DNA of 64,000 nt from Octopus sinensis (Eukaryota): NCBI RefSeq assembly GCF_006345805.1, contig NC_042997.1, positions 184,326,001-184,390,000 of the forward strand, written 5' to 3'. Under the pieces are notes generated by a model, which ran no database searches, had not been told where the DNA came from, and was given only the letters and a program-made list of their open reading frames with translations. The position numbers and the translations under genes are program-made. Positions 26,401-37,791 of the stretch are shown here, one piece after another; within the stretch, counting starts at the first letter, position 1; every line of letters starts with the position of its first letter.

Positions 26401-27191
26401 TCAGAGCGACGAAACCGTTCTGCACGCACTCGTTCAGTGTCCAACAATTTCCGACCTGTGGGCTTATGTCGACACAACTGCTGTCACGTGTGGGACGAGT
26501 CGGTTTATCAGCTGAGTCTATCGTCAATATTGTCACGCCTCCTTCCTTCAAACGGGAAGGAAGAGCTATTTTCATCATCCTTGTGGCTATGGCGAAAGAA
26601 TGTATCTGGTGGACGCGTCTGAAAGATTGGAGACAACACTTTTCCTCTCTGGTCAATCTCTCATCAACTTCTTCAAGTACCACTTGAAAAGGAAAGTGAG
26701 GTTGAGAGGCAAGTTTGTCTAGCGAATGTTTTAAAAAAAGATGGGTGAATGTAGCAAGAATGGCACGTATGAAAGACGAAGCCACCTTGAGAATAGTCCT
26801 ATGAACCCAGAATCGAAAACAGAGAGTTGCTTATTTGCAAAAAAAAAAAAAAAAAAGAAATATAAATTGTGACTTCATTGACCGAGGTTACCGTGTTTTT
26901 TCCGCAGGCTTTTCTTTCCACGGTAAACCTCACCTGTCCTCCCCTTTACACTTCATATGGACATTTCTGTGATAACGATCCCTATTGATATTTTTTTTCC
27001 TCTCCCCCCCCCTTTTTTTTTTTTTTTTTTTTTTAAACCCCTTATTTTGTCCTCTTTCTCTCCTTTTACGATCCATTTTGATCGAACCTCCCCCTTTTTT
27101 TTTTTTTTTTTTTTTTTTATACCTTCAAGAAAGCTCTACCTTGTAATTTGTTCTATCTGTGTGCAGCCCGGTGTGGCTAATAAAGAAACAT
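23423..27191 (+). mobile_element. Tx1-clade copy D: nearly entire ORF2 (APE, RT, CCHC) plus 3' UTR; no ORF1
   Basis: APE motifs AISETR, LVGDWNA, YLDRI and YTDHK lie at about 23.5-24.1 kb. RT motifs NFRPIT, RQG.P and AYADD follow, then CPRCGQSDETVLHALVQC (ORF 26285). Many 1-nt indels are present. Confidence 0.95.
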
Positions 27192-27204
27192 ATCTATCCA
27201 TCTA

Positions 27205-27278
<74 letters not shown>

Positions 27279-27285
27279 ATATATT

Positions 27286-27327
<42 letters not shown>

Positions 27328-27335
27328 TCTATCTA

Positions 27336-27380
<45 letters not shown>

Positions 27381-28295
27381 TATCGAACAAAGAAAGACAA
27401 ATTTTCTACGCAAGCTATTTCATTAAAACTAAAACAGGAGAGAAAATGCAACCGTCACAAAAGACACCTATTTAAAGTTTTGAACTGTAACGACTCTTTT
27501 AGGTGATTTGAAGCCCATCAAACTTATTATGTTTTAGTTATTAACGTCTCTCAATTAATCTGAGAAAGAAACGTGTTTTATGGACTACAGATTTTAATGA
27601 AACATGTTCATTGAAGTAATGAAATGGAGCCATTTCAATAACACAGTAAACTATTTCTTTCATGAAGGCGGCATCTAGGGCAAGATAAGACACTGTAATT
27701 GAGTCACTCTCATCTCTGAATAATATACATTCGAAAATTGTAAAGAAATAATTATGGCTATTAAAAAGAGAACACAATAACTGGAAACCAGGCATAATCA
27801 ACGAATTGTTACTTTGTTGTTTTTTCTTTCTATAAAGTGTAGAAAACGTAACAGAATTTCCATTTTAATTGCAGAAATGAAAGAAAATACAAAAAAGAAT
27901 ACGCGTGATCTCCTTTTGCACGTTGATTTCAATGCGATGTGAGAATTTTAAAGGTTTATTAAAGTACATATAGCACTGCTAGAAATCATATTGATCTCAT
28001 TTCATGATTTTGTGAGTTGAGTCTAGTGATGTCTGAAAAGATGTGAATAGAATTTAGGCACATGTCTATACAAAATCCCATTCGTCGTAGGAGAGGATAT
28101 ATTTTGTCTATGGATGTGTGTGTACATATATATATGTATATATTGAAAAAATGTATGGGTGTGAGTGTGTGTGTGTGTGTAGGTAAGTATATATATATAA
28201 TATATATATAATATAGATATATATATTATATATATGAGTGAATATATATATATATATATATGAGTGAATATATATATATATATATATATGAGTGA

Positions 28296-28329
<34 letters not shown>

Positions 28330-28911
28330 TATATATATTATATATCTATATATATATATATATATATGAGTGATATTATTCTTATACGTCTTATTATTAT
28401 TTTGCATATTACTAATCATTGTTATATGTTTTATCTTATATTTAATCTTTCTATAATATGTAATTTTTCTAAATGGTATAATTTAGTTTTTCATTATTGA
28501 ATTGATAAAGGGTGTTTTTTTCTAATTTATATAATATATATATAGCGTATGTGTGTCCGCACACACGAGCATCTGCGTAAGTATATGCATGTGAGTGTAG
28601 GCATGTTTATATATGTGTGTGTATGTGAATGCGCGTATATATCCGTATATGTGAGCGTGTGTGTATACAGTAATCCTTCGCCATATCGCCGTTCACCAAT
28701 CACGGTTTATCATTTAAGCTTACATCGATTCCTCCACCATGCTGTTGTTTGGCATTTATAATAAAATAAATTTATAGAAATTATGAAAGTAATAAAAAAA
28801 AATACAGTGCAGTACTGTTTCTACTTTGCAGATTTTCACCTATCGCAGGGTTTTTTGGAACGTAACACACGCGATAATCGATAGATTACTGTATACGTAT
28901 ATGTATATGTA

Positions 28912-29318
28912 TACTCTTTTACTCTTTTACTTGTTTCAGTCAGTTGACTGCGGCCATGCTGGAGCACCGCCTTTTAGTCGAGCAAATCGACCCCGGGACT
29001 TATTCTTTGTAAGCCCAGTACTTGTTCTATCGGTCTCTTTTGCCGAACCGCTAAGTGACGGGGACGTAAACACACCACCATCGGTTGTCAAGCAATGCTA
29101 GGGGACAAACAGACACACAATCACACACACACACACATATATATATATATACATATATACGACAGGCTTCTTTCAGTTTCCGTCTACCAAATCCACTCAC
29201 AAGGCATTGGTCGGCCTGGGGCTATAGCAGAAAAGACACTTGCCCAAGATGCTACGCAGTGGGACTGACCCGCAACCATGTGGTTGGTTAGCAAGCTACT
29301 TACCACACAGCCACTCCT
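28912..29318 (-). mobile_element. tRNA-derived SINE family A, full length
   Basis: Minus-strand head AGGAGTGGCTGTGTGGTAAG (A-box-like) and GGTCAGTCCC (B-box-like), an internal CA/TA tract and the conserved tail. Confidence 0.9.
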
Positions 29319-29786
29319 GTATATGTATATATGTATATGTATATGTTATGTATATGGTATATATATATAATAAATATATAATATATATATATTAGATATA
29401 ATATATATATATATATATATATATCATATATTATATATTATATATATCAACATATATGTGTCTTCGTCTTTTATTTTTCTGTAAATTTCAAACATATATG
29501 CATATAATACAGTGTACCGAACGTGAGGGAATGCAACTCTTCAAGTGAACTATTAAAAACCGGATTCAGCCGCAAATCGTATATGATTTCATAGTTAGTG
29601 TACAAAATACACTTTCTTATCATCAGTGCAGGCATAATCAAGACACATAGCGTGAGGTATTTACGTGTAGCAATGCCCTTAATATAAATAAATATATTTA
29701 ATAGGAATAATTAATAATTTTTCCCTTATGAGCTTTTTCCACGCTGACTGCTAGACAAAGATTTTATCCTGTTTTAAAATTTTATA

Positions 29787-29819
<33 letters not shown>

Positions 29820-29877
29820 AGATATATTATATATATATATATACATATAAATTAGAAAAAAAAACACCTTTTATCTT

Positions 29878-29980
29878 TAACTTGAAGAGTGGCTATATTT
29901 ATGTTGAAGAGATTTTACTACTGCTATTATTATTTTACTATTATCATTTCTTAAATATAGCCACGAAACACGTGTCGTTA
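29878..29980 (+). ncRNA. Minimal type I hammerhead-like motif with long stem II (U3 core variant)
   Basis: TAAC-TTGAAGA-GTGGCTATATTTA-[50 nt]-TAAATATAGCCAC-GAAAC-ACGT-GTC-GTTA: perfect 4-bp stem I, perfect 13-bp stem II, palindromic ACACGTGT stem III and a GUC triplet. Confidence 0.7.
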
Positions 29981-30141
29981 TTCTACCAAATATATACGTT
30001 TTATTTATTATTTTGCACATACTTAATCATCGTTATATGTTTTTTATCTTATATTTATCTTTCTATAATATGTAATTTTTCTAAATGGTATAATTTAATT
30101 TTTCATTAATGAATTGATAAAGGTAGTTTGTTTTTTCTAAG

Positions 30142-30190
<49 letters not shown>

Positions 30191-30191
30191 C

Positions 30192-30470
30192 AATTGCAGC
30201 GTGGAGGTGTTTGTAAGCCATTTAAGAAACACACAAAAGCCGTTCGATTCACTTCAACATTTAAGTTTAATTTGTCAACATATTTTCGTCGCTAAAATCC
30301 GCGACCTGTTCACTGACAAAAATCCGTGCTGCATCACGGATTTTTGTCAGTGAAACAGGTCGCGGATTTTAGCGACGAAAATATTTTGACAAATTAAACT
30401 TAATGTTGAAGTGAATCGAACGGCTTTTGTGTGTCTTAAATGGCTTACAAACACCTTCCACGCTGCAATT
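30192..30470. repeat. Near-perfect palindrome (about 137-bp arms, 6-nt loop)
   Basis: Centre is AAAAATCCGTG-CTGCAT-CACGGATTTTT. The arms differ by only a few indels and mismatches. Confidence 0.92.
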
Positions 30471-30689
30471 TTGTTTCATTTCAGCACACGATCTCAGATC
30501 AAATCACTTGCTATGCGAGTACATCTCCGTAAATATATATATATTATATATATATATATATATATTATATTTTCTGAAATTTGATTTAGTATTTCAACAG
30601 TGAATTTTTCCCTATAAGTTTCAAATAATATTCCCTTATATTATTATATTATGTTTATTATTATTATTATTATATATTATTTATTATTA

Positions 30690-30729
<40 letters not shown>

Positions 30730-30732
<3 letters not shown>

Positions 30733-33700
30733 TAGTTTTATTTTTATAGCGTGCTTTCACTTCACTACCGAGCGCAGCTCTGTGTGCCTTGGGTATGTGC
30801 TGTGATTTGTTGTGATGCTCTGATGGTTATTGTATGGAAAGTTTCTGCGTAGGATGTGTGCAGTGCCTAGTAGTTTATTTTCTGTATGTTATATGTGTTT
30901 GTAAGTCCTGGTGTTTTTGTTATGTATTTGTCTGAATATTTTTTTATCATTCCTAATGCACCTACTATGATAGGAATTGTTTCTGTTTTCAGTTCCACAT
31001 TCTAGTTACCTCTATTTCCAGGTCTTTGTATTTTGAGAGTTCTCCATTTCTTTTAGAGACACGTTGTCATCTGCCGGTATTGATACATCAATTAGAAAGC
31101 ATTTTTTCTTCATGATCTCTGACAACTATATCTGGTCTGTTGGCCTTAATTTCTCTATCTGTGTATCGGCATATCCCAGAGTATGGTTGCTTTCTCGTTT
31201 TCTGTGACCTTTTCTGGTATGTGCCTATACCATCTTTTCTGTTGTTATTCCATAAGTTGGCATAGCTTCCAATGTATGTAGGTTTCCAACTCTGTCATGT
31301 CTGTGAATATATTCCTTCTTAGCCAGGACTGGGCAGCTAGGGATAATATGATTTATTGTTTCTTGTCCATCTCCACATATTCTGCAGTTACTTGTAATAT
31401 TTCTTTTCATTACATGTTTTTGGTAATTTCTGGTGGGGAGGCTTGGTCTTGTGCTGCAATTTAAAAATCCCTCTGTTTCTGCTTTGAGTCCTGAGCTTCT
31501 CAACCATTGCTGGGATTTTCTTTGTCTCTATTCTTTTGCGTTTAGTTTAGTCCATGATGGGGCTTTTCTTGCCATCGTTTTATCATGGCTCGTTGCTGTT
31601 CTATTTTTAGTTTGGATTTCATTTGTTTTATAGCTTTGTTGTTTCTTCATCATCTTCTTCTTCTTCTTTGTGTTTATTAGGTGGTATGATTTCTTGTTTG
31701 TATTTGTCAGCTTCCTTAAATACTGAGAACAGTTTTTTGTTTTGTCGTTTTGTTGCTGCTATCTGGATCAGTTTTCCTTCCTTCTGAAGTAGGTATTTTT
31801 GCAGTCCTATGGTGGTTATTTTATAGTAGTTTTCCAGCTGTATAAGGCCTCTACCACCTTCTATACGTTGTATATATAGTCTTTCTATGTCAGATTTGGG
31901 TGATGCATCCTAGATCCTGTCAGTATTTTCTTGTTTTCCTATCTATTTTGGACAGTTCATTTCGTGTCCAGTTAAGGATATTGTAGCTGTAACTATAACT
32001 GGGACAGCTAAAGTGTTGATACCTATTATCTTGTTTTTAGCATTGAGCTCTGTTTTTAGTATTGATCTAACTCGTCTATAATATTCTTTTTTTATTTTCT
32101 CTTTCATTTGTGTGTGTTGTGTCTTATCTAGTTCATGGATTCCTAAGTATTTGTAAGTTGGCTTTGGTCTAATTCTTTTATTTCATTGGTTTTTATCTAG
32201 TGTGATGTTGTTACTCTTAACTAGTTTTCCTTTTTCATGGTTACTTTGGCGCATTTTTCTAATCCAAATTTCATATCTATTTCTTTGGTAAATCCATGAA
32301 CTGTCTTTAATAGTGTTCCAGCTGTTTGTCATTTGCAGCGTATAGTTTTAGGTCATCCATATATAAAAGGTGGCTGATCGTTTTGCCGTAACATTTATAT
32401 CCGCATCCAGTTCTATTTAGCATATCAGATAGAGGTGACAGTGCCAAGCAGAAAAGGAGTGGAGAGAGCGTGTCTCCCTGGAATATTCCTCTTCTAATGG
32501 GGATGTCTTTGGTTTTCATGAGTCCTTCTTTTGTTTGGAGGTGTAGGACTGTTTGCCATTTATTCATAGAGTGCTCTATGAATTTTATGATTGTTGGTGC
32601 TACTTTGTTAATGGCTAGTGTTTCGAGGATCCATGTGTGGGGGATGCTATCAAACGCCTTTTTGTAGTCAATCCAGGCCATACTGAGGCCTTTCTTCTTT
32701 CTGTGGCTGTCTTCAGTTACGGCTTTATTAATCATTAGTTGATCTTTACAGCCATATGAGCCTTTGCGGCATCCTTTCTGCTCTTCTGGGAACAGTTGTT
32801 TTCGTCCAGGTGCTTGTTCAGCCTTTGCGATATCACTGCAGTAAATGCCTTGAACATAGTAGGGAGGCAGGTTATTGGTCTGTAGTTTTCTGGTTTGTTG
32901 TTTTATTTGATTGGGAATTAAGATGGTTTTCCCCTTCGTGAGCCATTCAGGCATTGTCTCTGGCTCTGCTAGTATGCTGTTAAAGTTTCAGCAGCTTTTT
33001 GTGCATTCCTGTTAGATATTTCAACCAGAAGTGGGGATCTTGTCATGCCCAGGTGCCTTCCAGTGCTTAGTTTTTGCAGTGCCTGGGTGACCTCTTCAGT
33101 TGTTATGGGGGTCCAAAGTTGTTCAGAGGCCGAGTTTGTTATTTTCATACTCCTTTTTTGGCTGTTCGTTCGCCGACCATATTTCTTCCAGAATTCTTCC
33201 AATTCTTCTGCCGTTGGTGCTGCAGTGACTTCTATTTTATTTTTGCCCAGTTCTTGGTAGAACTTTTTGGGGTCGGAGTTGAACTTTTTGTTCTGTTCAA
33301 AGAAGCGTTGGCGTTCTCGTACCGGCGGATCCTTTGAGCTTTGGCAAGGATATCTTGCTTCAGCTTTTCTTTTATCTCCGGCAAATCTTTTTCTGTGATG
33401 TTATTTGCGGAGCATTTTTGTTCTCTTTTTGTTGCTCAGTAGCTGCTTGTTTGCTGATTTCATTAAGAATCGACAGGTCTTTTCTAATTTTTTTAATTTT
33501 GTTTTGGATGTTATTTATCCACAGGGTTTGTTTGGGTGGTGGTACTCCTGTTTGGGCGGGTTGGGTGAGTATCCAGCTTCTTTTGTGGCTGCAGTGGCTG
33601 CTGCGTATTCAAGTCATTTAGTTCAGTGATATCACTTTTTTTTTGTTTCAGTGGCTAGTTCAGTGACGGCTAGGTTTATGTTGTTTATATTGGTGTTGTT

Positions 33701-34640
33701 ATTGCGTTTATTTTTATTCTTGGGAGGTATGGTCGGTGGTCCATTTTGAGCTCTGTGGTTTTTAGTTCTTTGATTATTTTATTTTTTATATTATTAATCA
33801 TTAGGCTCCCCTTCGTTGTTTACATCGTGTTTGTTGGGAATGTTGCGTTTGTCTTCGTGTTTTTACAGTTTCAGTGTTTATATTATTGGGCATTGTTGTG
33901 TGGCTTCTATCTACATTTTTCTGGTGTATTTTTTCTTTTAAATGTTCTATTTCTATTTCTGATATTTTTTTGGCTTTGAGAAGTATCGTCGTACGTTAGC
34001 TAATTTATTAGGGTTCATTGCTGTATCCAAGTCTATACTTATTATTTTCCCATATTTTATATGTATGTGTTGTTGTATTTTCATTTTGTGGGTACAGCAT
34101 TGCTGTGAAGTATGCGTGTAAGATAGAAATGTATTCCTCACGTGTCCATTTACGTCTTTTGGGTTTTAATTGCGGGACATGAGGTACAACGTCCGCCCAT
34201 TATTTTGACGGTCGTCATTTTCGTAGGGTACCGGTCCGTTTATTTCTGTTGTCACATTTTCGCACGTGTAGTTTTTCGTACATTTTTGTTGTAGGTTTAA
34301 TGTACGTACCGCTCGATTGTTATTCTTGGGTTGAATAGTATCGGTGGCACATTTAATTTCTTCGTAGTTCCTTTGTACATGGTGTTTTGAGGTCGGGGAT
34401 GATCGTGTTGTTCCACGCATGTTTACATGTGTTGTGTTAGAGGTGGAGATAATATCGAGTCAAAATACATCATTTCGTTTCGAAAATAGTAATAAATTTC
34501 AATTCGTATTACTTACTCGGATATAGTCCAATTCTTTGTAGTAAATCTTTGGCTCCATAGGGTGTCCTTGTTTTCGATGTTTGTGGATAGATTTCGGAGC
34601 TCTGTATTTTCCTTCTTACATCTTAAACGTCCCCGGTGTC
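30730..34640 (-). mobile_element. Full-length R4/Dong-clade non-LTR retrotransposon inserted in (TAA)n
   Basis: (TTA)n flanks both sides (about 30640-30729 and 34641-34730). The element has a 5' UTR, one long disrupted ORF and a short 3' UTR running into (TAA)n. Confidence 0.93.
30827..34420 (-). pseudogene. R4/Dong ORF: N-terminal Myb-like region, RT, CCHC and restriction-like endonuclease (frameshifted)
   Basis: RKWTREEYISILHAY (N-terminal); EEQKGCRKGSYGCKDQLMIN, WIDYKKAFDSIPH, GIFQGDTLSPLLF, HLLYMDDLKLY (ORF 32307); CRICGDGQETINHIIPSC (ORF 31225); ANRPDIVV...IDVSIP...KYKDLEIE (read by hand across frameshifts). Confidence 0.92.
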
Positions 34641-34658
34641 TTATTATTATTATTATTA

Positions 34659-34695
<37 letters not shown>

Positions 34696-34781
34696 ATTAT
34701 TATTATATATTATTATTATTATTATTATTATATATATGTGTATGTATGTATGTATGTATGTGTCTACCTAATCTATATCAG

Positions 34782-34814
<33 letters not shown>

Positions 34815-35889
34815 CGCATACATCATACATACATACATACATACAAAAATGCATACATAGTTGCCTGTGTGTGTTTTTGTGTACATGTGTTTCTGTACAA
34901 TTATGTTTTTTTTTTTCTATAAAAGTTCAAGAACTTCTTAAATTTAATAATAAGAGATTTCCAGTTTTCCATTTATTATCTTTCGATCAAATTTTATTGA
35001 ATCAAATGATACACCTCGAAAATTACGTTTTTCTCTCGCAATATACTTCCTATCCAAACAACACGAAATAAACTCGCGTTTACAGCAATAAAATACACAA
35101 CGTCTCAGCATAAAACAAGCTGTTTTTCAAACTGCAACGTCATCAATTATTTTGCTCTTCTATATTCTATATTCGACTCTATCTCAAACATCGCTTCAAT
35201 TTACAACCCTCGCAATACTGAACGAATAAGATTTAGGTCTCTTAGTCACTGGCTTCGTCCTTTCAGATGATGGTAAAATAAACTATCGCCTCTGATAATC
35301 AAACACTACAAATATGAGGCGTTATATGTGACATTATTTTTATAGAAGGTCAAAATTGTTTATGAGAGATCCACCTGAAACTACTGATATATCAAAGAAA
35401 CTAAAACAATAACAAAGAGAATGAATAAACTACTATAACTTTAAACCAAACATAAAAGCTCTTATTTCTTGGCAAGTAGTCACAATATTAGTCTCATATA
35501 TTTGATATATATTCGCATACATCTCTGCCAGGACATTATTTTGTGCATATAGAGGAGGGCATGGCTATTTGGTTAAGAAACTTGCTTTACAACCATGTTG
35601 TTTTGGGTTCCGTTCCATTGCATCACACTTTTGGACTAATGTTATGTACACTAACTCCGAGCCGGTAAATGCATTGCGTGTAGATTTGAAAGACAGAAAC
35701 TGCGTGGAAACCCGTCGTGTATATATATATAATCAGCCGAAATTGCGAGGATGATCCGGTTCTTGACTGAAGATTAAAGGCTTCGAATGACCCGTCCGTG
35801 TTTTTTGTAACGTCTTCTGGATGTTTTGCGTTCTTGTCCCATTTTGTATATATATATAATAATAATAATAACAATATTATGGAGTAAAT

Positions 35890-35943
<54 letters not shown>

Positions 35944-36026
35944 GAATAAGGGTAGAAATTGATATTAATCAATTAAAACCAGTGGCCTAGCATATTAAAA
36001 AATCCGAAGACTAAAATATTTTCTAC

Positions 36027-36286
36027 ATACAAAATTTAAAGGACTGACCACTAAAAGCGGACAGTCAATATGCTATATATAGACGTCAAAATCGCTATTT
36101 TCCACGAAGAATGTGTTCTCAAGAAAAAACTCAGCAAAAGACCAAAGTGTAAAAAATAAGCAAGACAAATGAAAATATACGAAATAAAAAAACGATTACC
36201 TATGTACTTCGTGGAAAATAGCGATTTTGACGTCTATATCTAGCATATTGACTGTCCACTTTTAGTGGTCAGTCGTTTAAATTTTG

Positions 36287-36289
<3 letters not shown>
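36027..36289. repeat. Inverted repeat (about 83-bp arms, about 97-bp spacer)
   Basis: 36027-36109 and 36207-36289 are reverse complements with about 3 mismatches. Confidence 0.88.
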
Positions 36290-36326
<37 letters not shown>

Positions 36327-36783
36327 ATGTGTGTGTGTGTGTGTGTATGCATGTGTGTGTGTGTGTGTGTCTCTGTATTTGTGTTTGACCCTCCATCGCA
36401 CCACTTGATAACCGGTGTTGATTTATTTATGTATCCGTTATCCTAGCAGTTAGGAACCAAGTCCGATAGAAGTACACGACTTAAAATATGGACATTTGTT
36501 CGATTTGTTCGATTAAACCTTTCAAAGCAGTGCCCCAGCATGGGCGCAGCTCGGTGACTGAAGCAAGTAAAAGAGTGAAAGAGTAGAGTATTGCATTTGA
36601 TGAAATACTATTGAATGCCTCGTTTTGACTTGATACGCCAAAAGCAAATATGATCGATAGTTGCTTGTAATGAGGCTTAATGAAACTGAAACAGCTCAAA
36701 TAGGAATCGATTATGCATCAATGAATATCGTGTTCGATGGAGTCAAGATTTTGACTACCTGTTTGTGGTATAATGCTAAAGTA

Positions 36784-37350
36784 TTGGGTTGTCCGAAAAG
36801 TACGTGCCGATTTTTAAAGGAAAGAAAAAGGTTAATAAATACTTGCCATTACATTTTTAATCAACCAAATATATGAACTATTTTGTTGCACAATGCATCT
36901 CCATCTTTCCTTTTACTTGAAAATACCCTCTTCCCAGAATTGAGGTGGTTTCATAGCAAAGAATTTATCAAGGTATCTTTTTACGTCACCCAAGGAATTG
37001 AAATTTATACAATTAAGACTATTCTGCAGAGACCTGAATAAATGGAAATCCAAAGGAGCAATATCCGTTGAATATGGAGGGTGGGGTAACACATTCAGCC
37101 GAGCTGCAGCAATTTTTGTCTGGTTCCCAAAGCATCAAGTGCCGAAAATGAACTTTCTTATCTTCCATTTTAAAGAGTTACAGAATTAACGCAGGTTATA
37201 GGAACATAAACATTCTTCCACGAAAGATAGCTTAAACTGTACTCTAAATAGAGGTGTAGTCAAATCTTATTTTATGGACTCAACCATGTTCTAAAATAAG
37301 TCGAAAGTTAAGCTACTATAAAATCGGCACGAACTTTCCGGACAAGCCAA
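36784..37350 (-). mobile_element. Internally deleted mariner (DD34D-type) element
   Basis: TA-flanked TIRs TTGGGTTGTCCGAAAAGTACGTGCCGATTTT and AAAATCGGCACGAACTTTCCGGACAAGCCAA. Minus strand encodes HPPYSTDIAPLDFHLFRSLQNSL...W, the mariner YSPDLAP motif. Confidence 0.88.
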
Positions 37351-37791
37351 TAGAATATAATACAAAAATAGTGTACATGTGTGTTAATGCTTGACGTAGA
37401 TATTACTGTAAATAAAGTTCCTGCGGCTAAGTCTATATAGATATTCATGTTTTCAACTACTTTATTTCCATATAACTTTGTTTTCCTTGATTCTGAACCG
37501 TAATATGATGCAATGGATCCTTATTGCAAATATATAATCATTAATGCCGCTTTTGTTGTCCGCTATGAAAATGTGATATTAACAAATGCCACTAATTACC
37601 ACTTCTTTGAGAAGATAAGACCAAAATGGTTTAGAAATGTTGATGAATCGAGGAACTTTATTGTTCCAAGCTAAGCATAAATCATTTATAATAAACCTTA
37701 ATACAAATAAAGTCCCTAATAACAATGATCAAAGCATTCATGTTTTCAATATATTCGCAATACAAACTTTTCCTAATTATATACTCACATG

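Larger units (their letters stand above)
17460..27380. repeat. (ATCT)n/(GTCT)n microsatellite array interrupted by five Tx1 insertions
   Basis: ATCT tracts precede, separate and follow every copy. Confidence 0.9.

Noticed and set aside
17695-26785. Antisense ORFs over the Tx1 copies
   Set aside because: They are shadow ORFs opposite GC-richer RT coding sequence and are not consistent between copies.
27541-27801. 86-aa minus-strand ORF in non-repetitive DNA (likewise 62412-62789 and 59888-60136)
   Set aside because: No recognisable motif, and the length is compatible with chance.
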